Source of the DNA: Cycas panzhihuaensis
Taxonomy: Eukaryota > Plantae > Cycadophyta
Reading direction: 5' to 3'
DNA length: 64,000 bases
Assembly: GCA_023213395.1 (NCBI GenBank)
Contig: CM041465.1
Coordinates: 145,769,741-145,833,740 of the forward strand
A program made the translations under genes and the position numbers. How positions within the stretch are numbered: position 1 is the stretch's first letter; every line of letters begins with the position of its first letter. Below, one piece after another: positions 48,380 through 61,316 of the stretch. Under the pieces are notes generated by a model, which was given only the letters and a program-made list of their open reading frames with translations, was not told where the DNA came from and made no database searches.

Positions 48380-51300
48380 TGTATGATTGGAGATTAAATT
48401 TGGAGTTGATGAGCGCGAGGCGATTCTGTAACTGGAGGCGGCTAGGGTTTGTTTCCCTCCCATCGGACCGAGGATTGGGCGCTGCTATTGCAGGGCGAGA
48501 CCCTAGATTCGTGGGTTATGGCGATCCCGCGGGAGGGATGTGGCAACGGAGGACGGTGTTGATGGAGTAGGAGGAGAACAAGCTCCAGACAGGGAGAAAA
48601 GCACGGACGAGAGATGTACTCGATTTGGAGTAGATGGGTTTAATAGATGGCGGTTCATGAGTTAGGAAGAAATCGGATTAGAGAAGGAGGGCCTATAGAA
48701 ATAGATCAGTGCAGTGAGCAGTTCAGTGGGGTGATAAGAGGCGGCTAGTGCTCGGATTCGTGACCAGACCAGCAATTCCTGAGAGTTAAAACAACAAGGG
48801 TCACTGCCATACAGAGGGCGGAGAGGGGACTCCATCTGTTATATTTATTTCGGGTGAGAACCCTAGGATTTATGGTAGCAGTATATGTGATTTGGGCTGT
48901 TTGATTGATTGAGTGATTAGCCTGTTGTTATCTTGTTGGTTTGTTATAAATCTGTAATGGAGAAAGAAAACATACCTCTGAACCAGACTCAGAACATATC
49001 TCCAAGGAGGACCTATGTGGATGTATTAAGAAACAGAGAAATATATTTGTGTGAAATAACCTCGATAATGCAAAATGAGACAATTAGAATATCTATACTG
49101 AAGAAATTGTTAGAGAGAACAGAGAAACACTGGGAGAATAGCTTGGTGGGTAGATTCTCAGGACCAAGACCTGGCCTATATGTTATAAGGAGCTAGATAA
49201 GAAACATATGGAAGATAAGAAATCCGATGGAAGTTATGGCCTTACCTAGGGGATGTGTGCTATTCAAATTTGTTAACCAGAAGGATATGGTTAGCATACT
49301 TTTGAAATCCCCTTGGATTTTAGGTAGGAAGGCCTTATTTTTGGAAATATGGCACCCCGACTTTGACCCGATGGTGCCAGTTATAAAATAGGCCCCAATT
49401 TAGGTTCAAATGCTTGGCATACCTCTTCAGGTGTGGGACTTAGAGGTAATAAAAGGGGTGGCGAGAGCCATTGGACCCTTATTGGCCGTTGACTCAATCG
49501 CCAGAAATTGAAGTAGATTAATCAATGCCAAGTTTTGTGTTTTAGCTAGGCTGGACAAATCACTTCTGGAAAGTGTGAGGATTGAAACTAAGGAGTGGAG
49601 GAAGGGCCAATCCTTGATTTGTGAAATGGACAATATCAGGTGCTCTACCTGTAAAAGGCTTGGGCACCTGCCCTAGAAATGCCTAGGGGAGAGGAAGATA
49701 GATGTGGCAGGGGAGTAGAAGGGAGAGGACCCTCAAGATGCAAAAATGGATAATATAAATCATCCCAGGCTCCAGAGAGACAAGATGATCCCCAAGGAGA
49801 GATGGAGAAAAAGTATGCCATGGAGTTTAATCTAGAGGCAGAGGATACTCTTCTCGACGAAGAGGAGGACCTCTGGAATGTCAAGAGGATGGTAGAAGGT
49901 AACTTAGTTATGGGGCCAGAGGAGAGGATGGATGGGGGAGAAAATGGATCCCCCAGAAAGGAGAAGGAAAGGCAAATGCCAGAGGAGGACGTCCTGGGGA
50001 GACAAGAGACAATAGGGAGTGTTAAGAGGATCTGGAAAATCAAAGAGAAGGATCCTCAGGAGGAGCAAAAAGGGGTTGGTCAACGCAGAGGTACTGATTT
50101 GGGGATTGATAAAAGAGTAGGGAGGCCAATCCTTAAGATGTTAAGGGAGGGGTAGGTGGCCTTGCAAATTGATCAGGGCTATCAGTGAACATTAAGGGAA
50201 GGAGGGAGCGAGCGACCAAGACTAAGGGCAAGAGACGAAGCTTGTGAGGCCCAGAAAGAGGAAGGAGGAGAGAGTGTGAAGACTAGGAGAAAGAGATGAA
50301 GATAGTTTCATGGAATATCAGGGGTATAAATGCCCCTTTGAAGCAGAGAGCGATGAAGGACCTTCGTATGAGAATGGAACCAAATATAATGTTTTTGCAA
50401 GAAACCAAGGTGGTTATGGAGAACAGAGCGACGGTCAAAGACAAGATTTGGAGGAAGGCAAAAATGGTGGCGATGGATGGTCGCCAAGGATTAGGAGGAC
50501 TGGCTGTCTTGTGAAATCTAGGGGATTGGCAGGGAGAGGCTTGTGGGATGGGTGAATATTTTATTTCCATTTGGTTAACTTGCAGGAGGACTAACCTAAG
50601 ATGGCTGGCCACTAACATATATGCCCCAACTCAAGTAGAAGGAAGGAAAACCCTACGGGACAAGATTCTGGAGGAGCATAGAGAGTGGAAAGGGCCTTGG
50701 CTAGTAGCAGGAGATTTTAACACCGCCCTGTTACCTGGTGAAAAAAGAGGGGGCCAAGAGGGGTGGTCAAAAAGCATGTCTGATTTGGGAGACTTTCTTA
50801 AAAAGGGGGGACTAATGGATGTCCCCCTAAGACGGGTTAGATATACTTGGTCAAATAGGAGGCTTGGGAAGCATCATACACAAGTGAGGCTGGACAGGAT
50901 GTTGATAAATTACGCTTGGGCCAGCCATCACAATGACATCAAGTTGGAAGCTCTACTAAGGGTGGTGTTTGATCACTCACCATTGTAGCTGGACTTCTCT
51001 ACAAATAAAAAACATATGGGTACCCCCTTTCGATTTGAAATGATGTGGACAAGACATTTGAATCTCAGGGATTTGATTGAGGAATGGTAGAAGGTCTCGA
51101 TTGAGGGATGCGCTATGTATAGGTTTTCTAAAAAACTGGATTGCATAAAAAGGCAGGTGAAAGAATGGAATAGGAAAGGTCATGGCAACATTTTTGAAGC
51201 CAAGAACTAGATAGACAGGGAGTTGAAAGCTATCGAAGCGAGGATTCAGGAGGAAGGCAGATCCTAGTTGCTGGACCAAGCAGAAAGAGATCTCATCAGA

Positions 51301-51808
51301 AAATTTGAGGAAGTTCTACTTAAGGAGGAGATTCATTGGAGGCAAAAATCTAGGGCTCTTTGGTTGATGAAGGGGGACAAAAATACGAAGTTTTTCCATA
51401 TGACCATTGTGAAACATAGGGCCAGTAATAGAATAAACAAGCTGCATAATATAGAAGGAGAGGAAGATGGAGAAGGGGATGAAATGAAAAAAGTTGTGAT
51501 CAATTATTTCAGGGAGCTTTTGGTAGAGCCAGGCTGCCAGGATGAGGAGGTTAGAAAGGAGTTCATGAAGGTAATTCCTAAATTGGTGGATAATGAATAG
51601 AATAGAATGCTTAAGGCCCCATTCACCATAGAGGAAGTTAAAAGGGTGGTTTTTGGGATCAAAAAGGAGAAAGTGCCGAGCTCAGATGGATTTCCCCTTG
51701 GTTTCTTCTAGGAATACGGGGATATTGTCAAGGAGGATCTGATGAAGGTTATGGGAGAATTCCATGAGAATCGAAAGATGCTAGGAGAATGGCAAGCTAC
51801 ATTTTTAG
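48380..51808 (+). mobile_element. L1-clade LINE, 3'-truncated (5'UTR, ORF1, endonuclease, start of RT)
   Basis: ORF1 from 48958 (EKHWENSLVGRF); ORF2 ATG 50296 MKIVSWNIRG, GDFN, RLDR, GDKNTKFFH; breaks at WQATFLV. Same family as 25053-31202. Confidence 0.92.
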
Positions 51809-52451
51809 TGTTGATTTCGAATGAATAACTCAGCTCTCACCCTTAAGAGAATGACATAAAATTGAATCACTCGGCTTGCACCCTTGAGAATATGCCATGG
51901 AATGAATAACTCAGCTCTCATCACTGGAATGATCCTCAAAAGTCTCCTTAAATGCGTCCTTTTGATGCCTCTTGGTGAAGGGTTATGACTCCCAGTCATA
52001 ACCGTACCTTTTTGTCATCAAGGTACCCTTTCACTTTAACACATGATTAAGTTTCCTTAATGGTGTCTTTTCCATCCATATGTCTATAAGTACGTCCATT
52101 TGGGCAGATGTCATCACATCTGGGTGTCTTTGGGTCAGATCTGTCCATACGTACTGGGTTGTTTGCTAGCATACTTGAAAACGATATGCACCCTGTGTTA
52201 CATACCTGAAATGGTACGCACCTATCATACGTACCTAGAATGCTTCCTTTCTCATCTTTTTTCACTGTGCGTACCTTCGTATGGTCCGTACCTACATTCC
52301 ACTGGTTAATACGAGCCTACATTCTATGTTTCACATAACCTATGCGTCAAAATATACTCCAACATCTATCTCGGGTTGACAAAATAGGGTTGAGCATCCT
52401 TGCTCATCAAAATTTTCAAAAAATTTTGGGGTATCCTTACCCATCTTTGCT

Positions 52452-53563
52452 TTAAGGCTGCCCTTGTTGCTTCGGCTCCATTGCTTGGCCTCTAATAGCC
52501 AAAATTTCTTCATTGATTTGAGTAAGGGTTGCTATTATAGCGTCTTTTTCCTTTATTTTTTCTTGAAGGGCAGCTATTTTTACCTTATATTCCTCCTCCA
52601 TTTCTTTAATTAATTGAATTATTTGTTGTGTTTTTCCTTTTGTTTGGGTTAGCTGTGCTGATGTCTCCCCTATCTCCATTACAAGAGGAAATTCTCTCCA
52701 TTCGTCAAGGGAGGGTTCCGCTTCCACTTCCTCTTCGGGTTCACCCTCATCCCTTCTCCTCTTAGTGCTTCTTCGTACTGCTTGTTTGGTACGGTGTGGA
52801 ATAGGAGATCCTTGGGTTTGTTGAAGCCATTTTAAGATTTTTCTCATTTCTTTTTTTACTGTCCTCTTGATTTCCATGTCCTGAATGTTTCTCGAGAATG
52901 AATTCACCCATTACTTCATCAAGGGTTCCTGTGGATGGATGGGTGATTGCGGAGGTTGTACTCCCGGGCATTGATGAAATAAGATGGCCAATAATAGGTA
53001 GGGGTGCCTGAATGAATGTGTCATGATCTCTCCAATCTGTTGTACCATGTTTACAGCCAAAAATTTTGACTAATTTAGCTCCTCCTCGTCTTGAACTTTT
53101 GGTAATATCGTTATCATTTCCCCTAGAATGTATGTATATTTCCTTTTGGATAGAAACCTTGTATTTACGACTTTTCTATCCACTGTAACCTAATATCCTT
53201 TATATTTGCTACACAAATGCCTCCTGCTAATATCTGAGTGTTTTCCTTGCAAAACTCCTTTAGGCAGGTTTCCTGATCTACCTCTAATCTCTTGGTGGCA
53301 GTTGGGACTTCTCCCTCCTTTGGAAGCCTTGTAAGTAAGTGCATTGTTTTTGCATCCAAATTAACTTTTTTCAAATCCTTTTTCAATTCAAACATTATAT
53401 TCTCCATCAATTCTTGATCCCAATAAAGAGGATTGAGGTATACGTACTCTCCCCATCTTGCTTGTTTGACCTTAGCTTTAAATTGGGCAAGTAATCCATC
53501 AAATTCCTTCTTCAACTTCGGTAGGAATGTTTCTTGGCACTCTGCCGTCTTCATTGTAGGCAT
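52452..53563 (-). pseudogene. Additional (non gag-pol) ORF of the gypsy element, disrupted; unknown function
   Basis: Sense-strand ORFs 53165-53563 and 52452-52907 between the pol remnant and the 3' LTR; HLLTRLPKEG motif; C-terminal coiled-coil-like segment. Confidence 0.6.
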
Positions 53564-53632
53564 TGCTATGGGAAATGGAAGTAATTCAAGTATTGACCAG
53601 AGAATACAAGATAAAACCTTATGTGTGTACCT

Positions 53633-54859
53633 TTTCTTTGGAACGATTGTTTATTTCTGATGAATTGCTTGAAATTCTGTGTTGAATCCATACTAGTTCT
53701 TTCCTTGAGTATAGCACTTCTTGCTAGTTTTTTACTAACATCAGATTCCACCTGTCTTCCTCTTTTTGTTGTTTGCATACCATGCGGGAATGGTTGCAGG
53801 TACAAATAATATACTTTGCTCTTTTGGTTCATTTCTTCTATGCGTACATGATGGCATACTTTTTTGGCACATATAGTATTTTTTCTCACTTACTCGATTT
53901 TCACTTTGTGTACTTGGTAACGTACCTTTTTTGGTATGTATAGTGTATTCGATTGGTACGTACACAAAAATTCTAATTTTTTTTGATGCATTTTCTTGAA
54001 TTTTGATTTTTCTCATGGTAGTGTATCTTTCTTCTTGTAATTTGCCATATTGTTTATTTGTATGATATGAGTTACGGTTGTTTCTTCTACTTTTTGATTT
54101 TTTTGTTCACATACCAGATTGAATCACGTTTTGGTATCAAGGCAAGTTGATTTGCCTTCAACTTCAAGCAACATGTTATGGTACAACCAGTTGATTCCCC
54201 TGGTGGATTTGTCACTCCCTAGCTATGATAGGGTTTGAGTTTTCTTTGGAACGATTGTTTAGTTTTGATGAATTGCTTGAAATTTTGTGTTGAATCCATA
54301 CTGGTTCTTTCCTTGAGTATAGCACTTCTTGCTAGTTTTTTACTAACATCAGATTCCACCTGTCTTCCTCTTTTTGTTGTTTGCATACCGTGCGGGAATG
54401 GTTGCAGGTACAAATAATATACTTTGCTCTTTTGGTTCATTTCTTCTATGCGTACCTGATAGCATACTTTTTTGGCACATATAGTATTTTTTCTCACTTA
54501 CTCGATTTTCACTTTGTGTACTTGGTAACGTACCTTTTTTGGTATGTATAGTGTATTCGATTGGTATGTACACAAAAATTCTAATTTTTTTTGATGCATT
54601 TTCCTGAATTTTGATTTTTCTCATGGTAGTGTATCTTTCTTTTTGTAATTTGCCATATTGTTTATTTGTATGATATGGGTTACGGTTGTTTTTTCTACTT
54701 TTTGATTTTTTTGTATTTTTTTTGTTCACATACTGAATTGAATCACGTTTCGGTATCAAGGCAAGCTGATTTGCCTTCAACTTCAAGCAACATGTTATGG
54801 TACGACTAGTTGATTCCCTTGGTGGATTTGTCACTCCCTAGCTATGATAGGGTTTGAGT
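53633..54859. repeat. ~610-bp tandem duplication (53633-54240 / 54241-54859)
   Basis: Near-identical copies with an 11-bp indel; duplicated ORF translations in the track. Confidence 0.93.
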
Positions 54860-57800
54860 TTACTGCCTTTGATCATTTCAGGTAGTAGTTGGCCTGCTAG
54901 TTTTTTCATTTGGATAATACTATTCTTGTACACCACATCAATCATATATGGGCCTTTCCAATGCATCGTCAATTTTCCCTGGGGTGTTTGGGATTTGTTG
55001 TCGAATTGTCATACTCGATCACCCTTCTTGAAATACGATATCTTGTCATGGCAGTCATGCCTTGTCTTTTTTCGCCTTTTCCTTAGTGTGGTATGCTTTG
55101 CCGATTTCTTCTTATGATCCCTTAATTGATCTTTGTTTATTATTCCCTTTCCCAACCAATGTTCTATACAATGTATTAAGTGGGTAATTCCATATAGTTG
55201 TTCTCCATGAAAGGGCTTCACATAATCTCCAATGTATTCTTCATGATTTCTCTCTTCTAGAGTGGCAATTTTGTTTCCTAGATCAGAATCTTTAGGGATA
55301 TTTTCCACTGGTTCCTCTTTTTCATCCTTAGATTCGGTGTCAATGTTTGAAGAGGACCTTTTGCTGGGTGGGTGTATCTCTAAAGAAGATGAGGAAGGTT
55401 CGTTACTTCCTTCCTCGAGCTGGGATGGGGGTGGGGAAGGGCAGTCTACCTCAGGACCCACACCAAAGGTAGAGGGAAGGTTAGGGTTATAGGGGGTTGG
55501 GGTATCAAGGGGTGAATTAGGGTAAGTGTTTGGGTTAAAAGGGGGATTTGGGTTTGGATCTAGGTTTTCTATGTTATTATTACCACTCGTATGATCAAAA
55601 CATTTGGATTTAATATCAATGCCCTCAGTTACATTCCAAGAAAGTAGGTTACACTTATAGGATGGGGTATTGATTTCATATGCGTCTTACAACCAATAAT
55701 CCACAAACTTTGTCACACTCTCATCATTGGAAGAGTTGTAAATTTTCTCGAAATAAGTCAGTGCCATCTCTTGGGAGTTTATTAGCTTGGTCGGTTCTTC
55801 AATTGTACGATACAAGTTACCTTCGTTAAAAGAGGATGTTGTTTCTTCACTTGCAATGGTTGTACTGGATACGTCGTTTGGTATTACTTCAATGGGATTC
55901 TTTCCCAACATTGGGAGGACCACTTCGCTTCCCCCATCAGATAATGTAAAGGTGACGTCCCTCCAACTTTGAAGACATCAAGTTTTAGACAACCACGGGC
56001 GGCCCAACAAGGCTGGATAGGGTATTGCTCCTTTCTTTGTTTCCACAATAGTGAACTCAATTCTGACTGCTATCTCGACGACGCCCACTTTTATGTTTGT
56101 TAACCTCCCCATTGGTCTCACTAATAGTTCATTTGTTAACTTTAACGAATAGGTTGTTGCTTCCAACTTGGGACTTCCCAACTTCCACCATGTTGTGGTG
56201 GGTAAGACGTTCACTGCTACTCCCCCATCCACAATCACTTTTGAAAATCTTTCTCCCAATAGTATGATTGTGACCATCAGATCCAAGTCGAAAGATGGCA
56301 TTATCTTTTTTAAGCTCTTTGTAATTTTTTGTTGTTGTAGTACTTCGGTCTTGACCCAATCGATTACTTGATATAAAGGAATTGTTAATTGTAGTTGTTT
56401 CACCAGATTCTCCATTAATAATAACATCGTAGGGATATCCTCCATTGGTAACCCCTTGAATAGTTCTTCTGCCTGAACCAATTGAGGTTGCACCTTTGGT
56501 TCTTTCGGTTTTGTTTGAGGTTTACTTTTTCTGACATATACGTGTTTCGTTTTTGGTTTACCCATTGGCAACATTGTTTCGTTTTCTTGTTGAGCTAATT
56601 CCTCCAACACTTGCTTTGCTTGCTTGAAGCAATCCATTTCCGTCTTAGGGTTTGGGTATATTCCTCATTTATTACTTTTTTTCGTTTTTGCTTCTTCTGA
56701 AGTTTTAAATTCCTACCGTTCTCTAGGATGATAGTCATCAGATTGGTTGACTTTGCCTTTCTTTACATTCTTCTGTTCTATGCTTACTTGGGCCACAATT
56801 GTTGCATAGGAACGGTTTATGGTCGTAATCTTGTTTAGTTGGGCAATTTGACTTCCAATGCGTAAATTGCAAGCAAATTAAACATCTTCCCATTGGTTGT
56901 TTCTTTTTCGAAGTTTCCAACATAGTTCTTATTGTGTATATGTTTCAGGGTGGTTTGCTTCCCTTGCCCCGACCTCGTCCTTTATAACCTCTCCCTCTCG
57001 GGTTATAGTAACATTCTCTGGTGTTGTGATTATCCATGTCACATATGTGGCACCACTTATCTTTTTGGTGCATCGTGTTGTTCTTTGGGTTGATTTCACA
57101 TTCTTTAGTCTTATGCGAACTTTCCTTGCATATGTGACACCACTTTTCAATTTTGAATTGTCTGTCTTTCTTTTTCTTAAATTCCTCTTTATTCTCAACC
57201 TGGCTACTTCCTTTCTTAAGGCTTCGATTTTTGAGTCTTCCTCTGATACTACTACTTGATAAAGGGGCCGATTATGTTGGTTTTACTTCATCTCCCTTAT
57301 CTCGTCTTATAGTCTAAGCAATAGAGGATCATGCCCTCCGGCTTGGGCATCTATCTTAGCTTTAAAATCTAACGCCAATTCTTGAGCATTTTTGAATGAT
57401 TTCAGAGGATACGCGTGCATCATAGATCTTAGTTTCTCGTTCAACCCTCTAACAAAGTAGTTTTTCATATTATGATCTGTAATTATTTCATTTATCATAT
57501 TGGCAACAATTATTTTCATCCTACTGATATTAGTTAATACGGATTCTCCTGGCCTTTGTCTTATCTCCCTAAGAGCAATCTCTAGAGCCTCATTACTCTG
57601 AAACTTCTAAAATCTCTCCTCAAATGATTTCTTTATATTTGCTCAAGTTTCCATTTCATTCAACTCCTTGTACCATGCCAATGGTACTCCCTGTAGTGTG
57701 CAAGCGAATCTTGCCTTTATTTCATCGTCATCTGTAATCTTTTTCACATTAATCAAATTTTGGAATGGGTACACATGCTCCCCTACATCTGATGTGTCAT

Positions 57801-59683
57801 TGAAGATTAGTTCTTGAATTCCCTTGAGTCGTCCATCCTTGGTGACTGCATTGGTGTCCTTCCCAGTGGTGATGACCTTTTTCCTTTTGGCTTTTTTGAA
57901 GATTCTACTCCTTTTTCTTCACCTTTCACTTTAGGTGATGTATTCAGAGTGCTTAGTGTAGCACTATCTTTCCCAAATAAAGGATTTTGAAATGGTGTTT
58001 TTAAATGAATAAGTTCGAGTACTTTTGGCACTTGTACCATTAATGGTGTAACCACTAAGTATGATTGCTCGGACCCCTTGTTCGATGAATCTTCAAATAG
58101 ACGCCTTATTAATTTGTTTTCCCAATATGTTGAGAGACCTTCCTCCGCCTTCTTCTCGTTATCACTTAGGTCCTTTGGGATATCATCCACATTTGTATGT
58201 TCCTCCTTCCCTAGGGTGTTACTTTGTTCCAAATCTTCTTATGGATTTTCCTCCTTTTCTGGGCTTAAAAGGTCATACTTAATTGGGGTAAGTGTTAGTA
58301 CCATTTGCTCGCCATTTCCTTCCTCTCCTTGTTCTTAAGGTGGCTGGGCTCCACTTGCCTTGGATTCTTCGACGAATTGTCCCTTAGTCTTGTTATTATA
58401 TAGGCTCAATCTCCCTGCCTTTCTTAATTTTGATTCCTTTGACCATCGTAATGCCCTTTGTCTGCTTCTTTCTTTCCCTTTAGGTGAAGTACCCTTTTGT
58501 GGCTCTCCTGCCTTCGAAGGCCTCTTAGGTGGCATTGGAAGATCCCCTAGTTGTCAGAGGCTTAGTTACAGTGCACCATCATTACGACAGCTAGGGTTCT
58601 CTGTCCTTTGAACATTCTCCCCTTGTGAAACTCGTGGCCCAGTCCCTCCTCAGTGGATGTAGGCAATAGAACCAATGTTGACTCTTAGTTTGCTACACTT
58701 GTGAAAACTGACACTTGTCAAGGGATCATAGGTTATTAATCTAGCTTAGGATACAATCAACATGCTTCTTTTCCCATTAACTATCATCAAGGGTCTTATT
58801 CACATAAGGTTATCACACATTCATCCTTAATTTTATCACAATTTCATTGTAAATTCCACACAATAGTACATCAAACAACATGTATTCACTACACAATCAT
58901 CATGGTATGCATAAGACACAATATTCCACGTAACTCTTCACTTTATTAAGCAACATGTCTTATATATTCAATTCTGGAACGTATCCTGCATACGTTCCAA
59001 CCATATACACAAGGTCTGTTACATGCGTCCCAAACGGGGAATGTATCCTGAATGCATCTGCTGGATTCTCAATTCGTACCACCTTCCTTGGTATGCTAAC
59101 TACCGTACTACTTCATCAATTGGAATACTCGGCTCTCACCCTTGAGAACATGCCATGGAATGGCTCTCACCCTTGAGAGAATGATATAAAATTAAATCAC
59201 TTGGCTCTCACCCTTGAAAATATGCCATGGAATAAATAACTCAGCTCTCACCACTGGAATGATCCTCAAAAGCCTCCTTAAATGCGTCCTTTTGATGCCT
59301 TTTGGTGAAGGATTATGACTCCTAGTCATAACTGTACCTTTTTGTCATCAAGGTACCCTTTCATTTTAACACATAATTAAGTTTCCTTAATGGTGTCTTT
59401 TTCGTCCGTGTATGTCCATCTAGTTTGTCATCATCACATCTGGGTGCCTTTGGGTTAGATCTATCCATACGTATTTGGCTATCTGCTAGATACTGAAAAT
59501 GGTGCACACCCTATGTTGCGTACTTGAAATGGTGCTCACCTATCATATGTACCCAAAATGCGTTCTTTCTCATCTTTTTTCACCGTGTGTACCTCCGTAT
59601 GGTCCATACCTGCATTCCACTGGTCAATACGATCCTATATTCCATGTTCCACATAGCCTATGCGTCAAAATACACCCCAACAG

Positions 59684-61180
59684 TGTTTTGGCCAACCAAT
59701 TTAGAAGTTAGTTGAAGGACTATTTAAGGAGGTTGTTGGGCGCTCTTAGGATCATCATCCAAGCTATTTTCATTGTTGTAAAATTCAACTCTTGGGCTGC
59801 ACTTTTGGAGGGCACCTTGCCTCGAAGAGGGATTCTATTTCAGCTTCATCACTTGATTATTTTTTAGCATCCTTGTGTATATAATTGTTTGCCATTTATA
59901 AAATATTTAGCTTTATTACTATTTAGCTTTGGACTATTGTTATTAACTTATTTGCAGCTGCAATTTGTGTTCAATGGCTGATATTTTGGTTCGGTATAAG
60001 TACTTTTTCAAAAGAATTGTCTACTATTTTTCAGCGCGTCCATAATTTATCGCAACACCATGTACCATATTCAACTTGTCCATCAAACAAAGGCTAGGGA
60101 AGTGTAAATGCCCTAATCTCTCATGCCACAGCTAAATTTTATTTGTCATATCTATAGTCAAATATGTTCTTTGATTTACAGACTTGCCTAAGAGCCTACA
60201 AAGACAACTATATGTAGCATTCCAAAATATGGCTAAAAGTATAGCATATGACCATTCAAATCAAAGGTCTCTGAACGACGATTCCAATGGTTCAGACGAA
60301 AGTCAATTATGAGATCTCTATCAAAAGTTATGACCATTTAAAGTCAACCTGCCAGTTTTTGGAGAAGTTCTGGCCGACTTCTATTTGAGCAGTATTAAGA
60401 AGAATATCACATTTTCTGGCTGACTTCTATTACTATCCTTTGGCCGCCTATTTAAGGAGGATTTGCGGCTTCATTTCATCATCGTTGGAGGTTCTTTGGT
60501 CGCGCATTTTCGGTTCTAGGGCTGCAATTAGCTCGCCCATTTGGGGACTGCAGTTTGGAGGGTTCCTCGCCTCGAAGAGGGAAGCTTACTTCTTCAGCAA
60601 AGACTGGTATTTTGTTATAATTTTGCTCTATTTTGGTATTATTTGACAATAAAGATTATTATTTACTTTGGTGGATTCTGTAATTCTTGTTCCCCATTCA
60701 TTTAATATTGAATAGCATCTAGTTATTGTTTTTGTGGATTATTACCTGTATTCTTGATGAAAATTGCTATAAAAGTAGAACTAGATCGCTACAAGTGGTA
60801 TCAGAGCTTCATTTCGAAGGGAAAGTGCAATGCAAAATATGGGAAGAACACTTGGAACGTATAAAGCCTGAGAAAAAATGGAGACAGATTTTTTTAATTT
60901 GGAGGATTATGGGAGCATGAAAAAATGGATAGAAGATTTTGAGTTTACGTCCGACATAGAAATGGAAGAATATGGACCATTATTAGAAATGATACTGAAT
61001 GGACGAGCTTATGAGTGGTTCATTAATTAGGCTAAAGAACCTTTTCTATGGTACCATTTTCAGAGGCGGCTACCACATCGTTTAAAGAACATAAGCAAGG
61101 TGAGATTCAAGTAGATGAGGAAGGGCAAGAAGAAGACATTATTGATGAGGAGATCATAGAGGTTTTGCAAGTGCTAGAAC
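59684..61180 (+). mobile_element. Gypsy-like 5' LTR + PBS + short gag remnant
   Basis: LTR end GCTACA at 60793; perfect PBS TGGTATCAGAGC 60796-60807; LNGRAYEWF gag-like motif. LTR start uncertain. Confidence 0.7.
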
Positions 61181-61316
61181 GATAGTAATAGAAGTTGGCT
61201 AGAAAATGTGATATTCTTCTTAATACTCCTCAAATAGAAGTCGGCCAAAATTTCTCCAAAAATTGGCAGGTTGACTTTAAATGGTCATAACTTTTGATAG
61301 AGATCTTAGAATTGAT
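60302..61316. repeat. 136-bp inverted repeat (60302-60437 vs 61181-61316)
   Basis: 61181-61316 is the reverse complement of 60302-60437 with a few mismatches; cut off by the copia LTR at 61317. Confidence 0.9.

Larger units (their letters stand above)
51809..59682 (-). mobile_element. Second non-autonomous gag+protease gypsy-type element, with an extra 3' ORF
   Basis: 5' LTR 58676-59682; partly deleted 3' LTR ~51809-52364; PBS TGGTTCTATTGCC. Gag MPPKRPSK..., protease VIVDGGVAVN...LLGRPWL, integrase tail HWKGPY...KLKPYHS. No RT, RNaseH or integrase core. Confidence 0.88.

Noticed and set aside
55420-55565. Telomere-like TTAGGG / G-quadruplex-like tract
   Set aside because: Explained by a Pro/Asn-rich coding linker of the retroelement on the - strand; not a regular telomeric array
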